The notes beneath the pieces were generated by a model that was given only the letters and a program-made list of their open reading frames with translations, was not told the DNA's origin and did no database searches. This document shows positions 27,817-35,351 of a DNA stretch of 64,000 nt, one piece after another (the first letter of the stretch is position 1; every line of letters starts with the position of its first letter). Origin of the DNA: Betaproteobacteria bacterium (GTDB lineage: Bacteria > Pseudomonadota > Gammaproteobacteria > Burkholderiales > SHXO01); NCBI GenBank assembly GCA_025356655.1, contig JANXRW010000070.1, positions 16,620 through 80,619 on the forward strand, read 5' to 3'. A program made the position numbers and the translations under genes.

Positions 27817-28718
27817 CGCGCCAAGCCCGACTGCTGGTAGTCGATGACGAAGAGATCAATCTCGAGATCATCAGTGAGTTCCTCGATGGCGAGCCCTATG
27901 ATCTGGACCTCGTCGATGGAGGGGAGGAAGCGCTCGAGCGGTTCGCCCAGGGCGTCGAATATGACGCGGTGATCCTTGATCGCATGATGCCGCGCGTGGA
28001 CGGAATGGAGGTGCTGCGGCGCATGAAGGCCGAGCCGCGCCTGCTGAATATCCCCGTCATCCTGCAGACCGCCGCCGCCGCGCCCGAACAGGTGGCCGAG
28101 GGCCTGCGCCTCGGCGCCTACTATTATCTGACCAAGCCCTATCACCGCGACTCTTTGCGGGCAGTCGTGCGATCGGCCGTGGGCACCTTCACCGCGACGC
28201 AGGATCTGGCGTCCGAGATCGACCGATACCAGGGGACACTCTCACTGCTCTACAGCGGCGTCCTGCGCTTTTGCACCCTGCGCCACGCGCGCTCACTCAC
28301 CGCGGCGTTGAGCGGGCTCGCGGCCGATCCGCAGAGCGCTTGCCTGGGGCTCGGGGAGTTACTGGTGAACGCCGTGGAGCACGGAAACCTGGGCATCACC
28401 TTTCATGACAAGGCGCGTCTGCTCTCGGAAGACCGCTGGGAGCAGGAGGTGGAGGCGAGGCTGGCATCTCCCCAGTATGCGGACAAGTACGTGGAGGTAC
28501 ATCTGGAGCGCGAGCAGGGTTTATTGAACATCACCATCCGGGATCAGGGCCCAGGCTTCGATTGGCAGCGCTATCTCGAACTCGACGAGGGCAGGGCGAT
28601 GTACCCGAACGGTCGAGGCATCGCCCTGGCGCGACATATCGGGTTTCGGTCGCTTGCTTACCGTGGTACGGGCAGCGAGGTTTTCGTGACGCTGGTCGCC
28701 GCGCCCGGCCATGCTTGA
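27813..28718 (+). CDS. Response regulator: REC fused to RsbW/SpoIIAB-like Ser/Thr kinase domain
   Basis: LVVDD, ILDRMMP, YLTKP; C-terminal LGELLVNAVEHGN, IRDQGPGFD, GRGIALAR; ATGA overlap with the kinase. Confidence 0.88.
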   Translation: MTRQARLLVVDDEEINLEIISEFLDGEPYDLDLVDGGEEALERFAQGVEYDAVILDRMMPRVDGMEVLRRMKAEPRLLNIPVILQTAAAAPEQVAEGLRLGAYYYLTKPYHRDSLRAVVRSAVGTFTATQDLASEIDRYQGTLSLLYSGVLRFCTLRHARSLTAALSGLAADPQSACLGLGELLVNAVEHGNLGITFHDKARLLSEDRWEQEVEARLASPQYADKYVEVHLEREQGLLNITIRDQGPGFDWQRYLELDEGRAMYPNGRGIALARHIGFRSLAYRGTGSEVFVTLVAAPGHA

Positions 28719-29916
28719 TACGGTGGAACGACCGCGCGAAATCACCACGCCCCGGCTGGCCGGACGCCCGCCGCGGGTGCTGGTCGTCGACGACTCGCGC
28801 ACCAACACGCTGTACCTGAGCGCGTTCCTCTCCGCCGAGGGCTACTCGGTACGCACCGCCGCCAACGGAGCCGAGGCGTTGGAACTGGCCTTCACCCCGG
28901 ACCCCGTCGATCTCGTGTTGATGGATGTGGTCATGCCGGTGATGGACGGGATCGAGGCCGCCGCCCGATTGAAGGCGCTGAGCACGGGCCGGCTTCTGCC
29001 CGTGTTGTTGGTGAGTTCTCTCGCCTCCGGGGACGATGTGCTTCGGGGCCTGGAGTCAGGCGCTGACGACTATCTCGTGCGGCCCATCAACCTGGGGGTG
29101 TTGCGGGCGAAACTGCGCTCCTGGCTGCGTACGCTCGACCTGAACAACCGGCTCGGGGCTGCCGTACAGTCGCTACGGGAGCACCAAGCGGTCGCCGACA
29201 CGGATCTCGAGATCGCCACGTCGGTGATCGGCAACCTAGTGCAGCGTAAGCGTCTCTCGGATCCGGTGTTGACCTGGATGGTCCGACCTTCGGCTCGCTT
29301 CAGCGGCGACATCGTCGCGGCGGAGCGCCCGTCGCCGGGTTTGTTCTATGCCTTGATTGCCGACGCTACGGGCCACGGCCTCGGTGCCGCCATCAGTCTG
29401 CTGCCGGTGCTCCAGGTTTTCTACGGCATGGCACGTAAGGGGCTGCCCCTGCCCCAGGTGGCTGCGGAAATGAATCAATGCCTACGCCAATACGTGCCCG
29501 CAGGGCAGTTCGTGGCGGCGACGCTGCTGTGCGCGGACGAAGAGCGCGGGACGGTCAGCGTGTGGAACGGTGGTATGCCTTCGGGTCTGACCATCTGCGA
29601 AGGGATGGCCTGGCAGGATCCACGTCTGGTTTCCCGCAATATGGCGCTGGGGATATTGGGTGCCGAGGAATTCAACGCCTACGTGGAGACCATTGAGTTG
29701 GAGCGCGGCGCGTCCATGCTGTTCTTCAGTGACGGCCTGCCAGAGGCCCTCAACCCCGCGGGTGAACCCTTCGGAGAGGCGCGCGTCCATGCCCTGGCGG
29801 CGGGCGGGTCGGTCAACGACATCGTGGCGCACCTGGAGCAGCATCTTCGTGGCGTTGCCGCGCACGACGACGTCTCGCTGATGATGTACCAGATGCCGTT
29901 ACGCGTTCCCGTTTAA
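28711..29916 (+). CDS. Response regulator: REC fused to SpoIIE/RsbU-type PP2C phosphatase
   Basis: VLVVDD, LMDVVMP; FSGDI, IADATGHG, FVAA, WNGGMP, FFSDGLPEA, HDDVSL. The conserved REC Lys is replaced (YLVRP). Confidence 0.9.
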   Translation: MLDTVERPREITTPRLAGRPPRVLVVDDSRTNTLYLSAFLSAEGYSVRTAANGAEALELAFTPDPVDLVLMDVVMPVMDGIEAAARLKALSTGRLLPVLLVSSLASGDDVLRGLESGADDYLVRPINLGVLRAKLRSWLRTLDLNNRLGAAVQSLREHQAVADTDLEIATSVIGNLVQRKRLSDPVLTWMVRPSARFSGDIVAAERPSPGLFYALIADATGHGLGAAISLLPVLQVFYGMARKGLPLPQVAAEMNQCLRQYVPAGQFVAATLLCADEERGTVSVWNGGMPSGLTICEGMAWQDPRLVSRNMALGILGAEEFNAYVETIELERGASMLFFSDGLPEALNPAGEPFGEARVHALAAGGSVNDIVAHLEQHLRGVAAHDDVSLMMYQMPLRVPV

Positions 29917-30009
29917 TTGGTGCGTCGCGCCACGACAAATTGGTGCATTGCGTCATGGCCGCGTCATGAAAGCGGCCCGCAGTCCTCTGTCGGCCTTGGG
30001 GTGAGGCTG

Positions 30010-30038
30010 TTGACAATCCCATGCCCTTTAGTTAGTGT
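30010..30038 (+). promoter_or_regulatory. sigma70 promoter of the PQQ dehydrogenase
   Basis: TTGACA (30010-15), 17-nt spacer, TAGTGT (30033-38). Confidence 0.7.
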
Positions 30039-30175
30039 GCGCAAACGCTAGCCCTCGGGCAAAGCGCCACCGGCCGAGATACCTGCAGGCTTTCGGCCGG
30101 GACAAGAACGAGTAGTTTCCGCGCACCGGTCATTCCAGACCGCACCGCGCATCCAACCGGGAGGTTTTTCCAAAA

Positions 30176-31921
30176 ATGTTGACTCCAAAGTCGCTTAAGC
30201 GAGCGGCGCTGTGCCTCGCTGCCACCGCAGCCTTCGGCACGTCCGGGGTGGTCTTCGCACAGGGCCTGGACGAAGCTGGCTCCAAGCTCTACCCGAACTA
30301 CGTCACCGACGACATGCTGCTGAATGCTGACAAAGATGCCAGCAACTGGCTGCTGTACGGGCGTGATTACCAGACGACCCGCTACAGCCCGCTGAAGCAG
30401 ATCAACAAGTCCAACGTGTCGAAGCTGGTTCCCGCCTGGAATCTGTCCTTCGGCGTGCTTGACGGCCAAGACAGCCAAGCTGTTGCCGTCAACGGCATGA
30501 TCTACGTGACCGCGTCCTACAACAAAGTCTTTGCCGTTGAAGCCGCCACCGGCAAGGTGGTTTGGAAGTACGAGCGCGAGTTGCCGGGCGATGTCTTCCC
30601 GAAACTGTGCTGCGACGTGGTTAACCGCGGCGTCGCCGTGTACAAGAACAAAGTGTATCTGGCGACCCTGGATGCGCACATCGTTGCCCTCGACAACACC
30701 AGCGGTAAGGTTGTCTGGGACAAGAAGATGGGTGACTACACCTACGCCGAAACCTTCACGATCATGCCCATGGCCCTGCGCGGCAAGATCATCTTCGGCA
30801 CGGCCGGCGCTGAGTACGGTGTCCGCGGCTGGATCAAGGCGATCAACGCTGACACGGGTGAACTGGCCTGGCAGACCTACACCATCCCCGCCCCCGGCGA
30901 GGCTGGCAACGACACTTGGCCCGGCGAGTCCTGGAAGTACGGTGGTGGTTCCGCCTGGATCACCGGTTCCTACGACAAGGACACCAACACGTTGTATTGG
31001 CCCGTTGGTAACCCCGGCCCCGACTTCGACCGCCACGTGCGCCTTGGTGACAACCTGTTCACCAACAGCACCCTGGTGCTCGATCCCGATAGCGGCAAGA
31101 TCCGTAGCTACTTCAACTACACGCCCAACGATCCCTACGATTACGACGGCGTGAACGAAGTCATCTTGACCGACGTTGGTGGGAAAAAGCTGTGGCTTCA
31201 CGGTTCGCGTAACGGCCATGTCTACGGCATCGACCGCGTCGCTACCAAGAAGACCGCCTATGGTCAGGAACACCAATGCGTCTGGGCCACCGCCCTGCAG
31301 CGCGTGAACTGGACCAAGCCGATCACCACCGGTAACAACTGCAAGCCGGTGTTCAACTACCCCGAGAAAGACGTGGTGTACGACAAGGTCACGACCGACA
31401 TCGCCCCCTCGCTTGACGGTGGTAAAGAGTGGCACCCGATGTCCTACAGCCATCGCACGCACATGGTCTACGTGCCGGTGTATGACTTCGCGATGGACCT
31501 GCAAGCGAAGAAGATGGAATGGAAGCGCGGTGAGTGGTACCTCGGCGCCAAAGTCCTGAACTTCAACGCCGGCGCTGGCCACATCAAGGCCTTCGATGCT
31601 GCCACTGGCAAGCTGGCCTGGGCCAAAGCCCAGAGCTACCCGGCCACGAGCGGTATCCTGACCACCGGCGGCGGGCTGGTGTTCTACGGGGATCCCGAAG
31701 GCTACTTCCACGCTCTGGACGACGAAACCGGCGAAGACCTCTGGGCCTTCCAGACCGGCTCCGGCATCCACGGCAACCCGACCACCTTCACGGCGAACGG
31801 CCAGCAGTATGTGTCGATCGTCTACGGTGCGGGCGGTGGCGGAATCTGGCCCCTGTTCTACTCCGAGTGGTACAAGCACCAGAACAAGGGCGGCGGTCTG
31901 TTCGTCTTCAAGGTCCAGTAA
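30176..31921 (+). CDS. Periplasmic PQQ-dependent dehydrogenase, methanol/ethanol family, predicted lanthanide-dependent
   Basis: Signal peptide; RYSPLKQIN; vicinal CC (LCCDVVNRG); GAEYGVRG; GNPGP; NDPYDYDGVNE (D-x-D); RNG; repeated A-x-D-x-x-T-G-x-x-x-W propeller motifs; no CxxCH. GGGAGG SD. Confidence 0.93.
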   Translation: MLTPKSLKRAALCLAATAAFGTSGVVFAQGLDEAGSKLYPNYVTDDMLLNADKDASNWLLYGRDYQTTRYSPLKQINKSNVSKLVPAWNLSFGVLDGQDSQAVAVNGMIYVTASYNKVFAVEAATGKVVWKYERELPGDVFPKLCCDVVNRGVAVYKNKVYLATLDAHIVALDNTSGKVVWDKKMGDYTYAETFTIMPMALRGKIIFGTAGAEYGVRGWIKAINADTGELAWQTYTIPAPGEAGNDTWPGESWKYGGGSAWITGSYDKDTNTLYWPVGNPGPDFDRHVRLGDNLFTNSTLVLDPDSGKIRSYFNYTPNDPYDYDGVNEVILTDVGGKKLWLHGSRNGHVYGIDRVATKKTAYGQEHQCVWATALQRVNWTKPITTGNNCKPVFNYPEKDVVYDKVTTDIAPSLDGGKEWHPMSYSHRTHMVYVPVYDFAMDLQAKKMEWKRGEWYLGAKVLNFNAGAGHIKAFDAATGKLAWAKAQSYPATSGILTTGGGLVFYGDPEGYFHALDDETGEDLWAFQTGSGIHGNPTTFTANGQQYVSIVYGAGGGGIWPLFYSEWYKHQNKGGGLFVFKVQ

Positions 31922-31962
31922 TACGGGCGTTGAATTCCGACTGATCCAAGTCTGAGTTCCTG

Positions 31963-31993
31963 GAAAGGAGGGCTTCGGCCCTCCTTTCTTTTT
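31963..31993 (+). terminator. Intrinsic terminator after the PQQ dehydrogenase
   Basis: GAAAGGAGGGC-TTCG-GCCCTCCTTTC followed by TTTTT. Confidence 0.92.
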
Positions 31994-32134
31994 GGCGGTC
32001 CGCTAGCCCCAGCGCGCCCCTCGGCGCACGGATGGGCCCCGCTCGCGGGAACTTCCCGGACACCCTGGAACGATCTGCCGGTGGGCCTTGTCCAAACGGG
32101 TGTCTTCCGAGGTGACGATAAATCAGGAGCGTAA

Positions 32135-32992
32135 GTGAAAAGCAACCGACTGAACAAACTGATTGGCCTGGCCGGGCTTGCCCTGTGCCTTTGTGGTTCT
32201 GCTTCCGCCCTTCGCGCGGAAGATGAGCAGGACCCTAATGAAATAAAGGACACCCTGCTGCGAGCGAAGGCCAAAGGCATCCTTGTCGCCTGCGCAGATC
32301 CCTACAACTATCCCTATTCGGCGAAGGATGCCGACCCCGCTGGGTTCGACGTGGAGATCTTCCGCGCCATCGCCAAACGGGCAGGGCTGCGGGCGGAGAT
32401 GTTCTGGACCGACACCGGCACGCGCGGTGGTCTCGGCCGGGCCTTCCGCCAATCCATCTTCGCCAAGCGCTGCGATATCTTCCTCGGCCTCTCTGACAGC
32501 GGGGACGATGATCAGCTGCAGAAGAAGTTGGTCTTTACATCCCCCTACATGAGCATGGGCTACGTCCTTGTGGTCCAAGGGGCCGCCGATAAGATGAAAT
32601 CGGTCGATGAGTTGATCGCGGCCAAGGTCAAGATCGGCGTGTCCATGTCCACGCCCATGGATGACTATCTGTTCATGAACAACATTCCACGCGGCTTGTA
32701 CATGGGCAGCCGGCGCGCGCTTGAGGGTATGTACAAGGGTGAAGTGGATGCGGCCATGGTCTGGTCCAGCTCCGTGGCTGAGAACCAGCAGCACTTCCCA
32801 GATGCCAAGTTCCATCTCGTCGACGGGTATGTACCCATGAAAGGGCAGCGCTTCAACAGTCGCTACGCCGTGCGAAAGGAAGACGAAAGCCTGCTCAAGT
32901 TCGTCAACGAGGCCATCGAGGATCTCGTCGCCAAGGGCGCCGTGCAGAAGATGGTGGGGAGCTACTCGGTTCCGTTCCTGCCGCCACTCTGA
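32135..32992 (+). CDS. MxaJ/XoxJ-like periplasmic binding protein (SBP family 3)
   Basis: Signal peptide; ACADPYNYPYS, GFDVEI, RCDI, FTSPY, GEVDAAMVW, AVRK; AGGAG SD before GTG; follows the dehydrogenase. Confidence 0.85.
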   Translation: MKSNRLNKLIGLAGLALCLCGSASALRAEDEQDPNEIKDTLLRAKAKGILVACADPYNYPYSAKDADPAGFDVEIFRAIAKRAGLRAEMFWTDTGTRGGLGRAFRQSIFAKRCDIFLGLSDSGDDDQLQKKLVFTSPYMSMGYVLVVQGAADKMKSVDELIAAKVKIGVSMSTPMDDYLFMNNIPRGLYMGSRRALEGMYKGEVDAAMVWSSSVAENQQHFPDAKFHLVDGYVPMKGQRFNSRYAVRKEDESLLKFVNEAIEDLVAKGAVQKMVGSYSVPFLPPL

Positions 32993-33074
32993 GTCCAAGG
33001 GGTGCGCTCAGGCGTCTCGGCGAGCGAGACGCCTGCCAAGGGGGCTGCCAGGACTCTGGCGGCCCCCGTTTGCT

Positions 33075-33651
33075 TCTACACGTAGGCCCGCGGTGACGAT
33101 CTGTCGCACGCAGCCGCCGCTCTCAATGGCTGCGACGAAGGCTTCTGCATAGTCCCCGAAGGAGATGTGGCTGCATCCGTCGGCGCCGCTGATCAGGGTG
33201 TCTACACCCACCTTGTAGCCCCCCTGACGAGGCCCTGGGCTGATTTCCGCGGGCGGCGCGAAGGAGGTTCCAGTCGAGGTCCTCGGGTTGGCGCAGCACG
33301 CCTAGGGCTTCGCGGTGCGCCCGAGCGATGGCTTTGTAGGCGGCGGGGAAGCTGGGCGCGTCCACCCGTTGCAGGCCCGGGGCAACCAGCAGACTGCCGG
33401 CCCCTCCCACCACTACGACACGCTTCAGGTCGTCCAGCCGCGCGGCACCAATCAGAGACCCCGCGAGGCGGACCACCCCGTAGCGTTCGCCGGCGAAGTG
33501 CAGCGGGGTCGAACACGTCCACTTGGCGTTACGCGCCGGGCGCCTGGGAGCTGGGTTCGGGGGCGCGGTGACCTTGATGGCCGCGGCTGACCAACGCTGC
33601 TGCGATGATCTTGCCGCTCTGGCCGTTGGCACCGATCAGGACGGTTTTCCT
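33075..33651 (-). pseudogene. Decayed NAD(P)H-binding oxidoreductase (YwnB / NADH-flavin reductase-like)
   Basis: Fragments in several frames: (AGG in place of ATG)KTVLIGANGQSGKIIAAALVSRGHQ / VDVFDPAAL / KRVVVVGGAGSL...LDW / TSFAPPAEISPGPRQGGYKVGVDTL...SHISFGDYAEA. Confidence 0.85.
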
Positions 33652-33714
33652 GGGACGTCGGTATAAAAAAATGTAAATACGGCAGCACCAATAAAGGGTA
33701 AAAAAGTTCGACGG

Positions 33715-34137
33715 CTAGGCGGTTTCACCCTCAGCGCCTGAAAGACCTGCCCCAGCAGTCAGACTGCCCAGAGCATCCACTAGGGCCGCCTCGGCCTCAT
33801 TGATGACGGCTTCGAGCACCAGCATGATCGCCTGGCCCACCCGGGCATGCGGGATTGGGAGGCCGGCGCGGAAGGCCCAGCAGGGCCCCCGCGTCAACTG
33901 CAAGGAGACCTCACGCAGGGTAACTAACTCCGGCGTGCGCGCTAACACCGTCCCACCGGAACTCCCCCGGCGCGAGCGTGTCAATCGAACAATCGTGAGC
34001 TGCGTGATGAGGCGCCGGATCGTCGCCGCGCTCCTGTTAACACGTGAGGCGATGACGGAAGATGGCAATGGGCGGTTCTCTACGGTCAAGTGGCACCGCA
34101 CATGAACGGCCACGGCGAAACGAGAACTGGTGTTCAA
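33715..34137 (-). pseudogene. Degenerate Rrf2-family regulator (YwnA-like)
   Basis: SSRFAVAVH, SSVIASRVN, RGSSGGTVLAR, VTLREV; the conserved PNPACP segment is in another frame, between two compensating indels. Confidence 0.75.
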
Positions 34138-34373
34138 TCACGATCATTAATATGGGTCCGTGCTGCTTACAAACATGCTGCAATGCAACTGGCTTTTGGT
34201 GCGAAATTTCCTTGCCCAGAAGGCCCTCCAGGGCGATGTGCATCTTGCCTTTACGGAGGAATAACTGGATCATCTCCGCTTCGAAACGGGATCCGGAATT
34301 TTTCCGGAGCCAGCGCACCGCAACTCTATCGTGCGGCGCCCGTCCCGCAATCTACCAGAGGAAAGATAAGCAA

Positions 34374-34841
34374 ATGTCTCACGCTTTTTCCGCGGCCCTG
34401 CGCAAGTTTCGCACCGCTTTGGTGCTGTTCGCCGTGGTGTTGGGAGTCGCCTCGGCCCTGATTCTTAACCCCTCGTCGGCCCTGGCGAACGCCGACGATG
34501 ACGAGCGCGCCGAGCGTGCCGAGCGTCTGGCGAACGATATGCCCGTGCCCATGGATGACCCGGCAGCCGTCGAGTCCGGCAAGGGCCGTTTCGGTGAGCG
34601 CTGTGGATACTGCCATGGTGGTGGTGGTCGCGGCGCCAAAGGCCCGTGCTTGGTCTGCGGCCACTTCAAGCGCGGCGGCAAGAGCTCCGCGATCTACACG
34701 AACATCGCTGTGGGCGTGATGGGCACGCAGATGGGGGCTTTCGGTACCAGCCTGAGCAGTGAGGAAATCCTGAACATCGTGGGCTACCTGCGCAGCGAAA
34801 CGCGCAGGCGCGACGCCTCCGGCGAAAACGCCCCGCACTAA
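34374..34841 (+). CDS. Periplasmic class I c-type cytochrome (probable electron acceptor of the PQQ dehydrogenase)
   Basis: Signal peptide ending ALA; GKGRFGERCGYCHG heme motif; distal Met in GTQMGAF; LSSEEILNIVGYLRS; extra CLVC. Confidence 0.88.
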   Translation: MSHAFSAALRKFRTALVLFAVVLGVASALILNPSSALANADDDERAERAERLANDMPVPMDDPAAVESGKGRFGERCGYCHGGGGRGAKGPCLVCGHFKRGGKSSAIYTNIAVGVMGTQMGAFGTSLSSEEILNIVGYLRSETRRRDASGENAPH

Positions 34842-34904
34842 AAGTACCCGCAGGGCCGGTCGCGGCTGCAATGGCTCGCGGTCGGCCTACGTGCCTGGCG
34901 CCCG

Positions 34905-35351
34905 CTAGGCTCGCCCGGTACTCCCAAAGCCGCGCGTGCCCCGACTACTCTCCTGGAACTCGTCTACCACTCGGAACGCGGGTCGGATGACGGGCACCAC
35001 CAACAGTTGTGCTATGCGCTCCAGGGGTTCCAGGACGAAGGGCTTGGCTCCGCGGTTCCAGAGTGATACCAGTATCTGTCCCTGGTAGTCCGAGTCGATC
35101 AGTCCCACCAAGTTGCCCAGCACCACGCCGTGTTTGTGCCCCAAACCGGAGCGTGGAAGGACCACGGCCGCAAAGCCGGGATCGTCCAGGTGCAGGGCGA
35201 TTCCGCTCGGCACCAGTTCGGCCTGTCCGGCCTGCAAAACCATCGGCTCCTCGATGCAGGCCCGTAGGTCCAAACCGGCCGAGCCCGGGGTTGCGTAGGC
35301 AGGGAGGCGTTCCCGAAGGCGTGCGTCCAGGATTTTGATGTCCACGATCAT
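34905..35351 (-). CDS. dut: dUTP diphosphatase
   Basis: [37 protein letters not shown]. Confidence 0.97.
   Translation of the reverse strand: MIVDIKILDARLRERLPAYATPGSAGLDLRACIEEPMVLQAGQAELVPSGIALHLDDPGFAAVVLPRSGLGHKHGVVLGNLVGLIDSDYQGQILVSLWNRGAKPFVLEPLERIAQLLVVPVIRPAFRVVDEFQESSRGTRGFGSTGRA

Noticed and set aside
30040-30110. GGGCAAA in the dehydrogenase leader as a c-di-GMP-I riboswitch
   Set aside because: The GNRA-capped P2 stem and downstream GACGCAAAG-type element are absent.
30032-31879. 615-aa antisense ORF covering the PQQ dehydrogenase
   Set aside because: Shadow of strong codon bias (few TTA/CTA/TCA codons); no recognisable motifs.
34503-34526. 9-bp tandem repeat GAGCG(C/T)GCC in the cytochrome gene
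   Set aside because: Encodes ERAERAER, a low-complexity helical linker; not an array.
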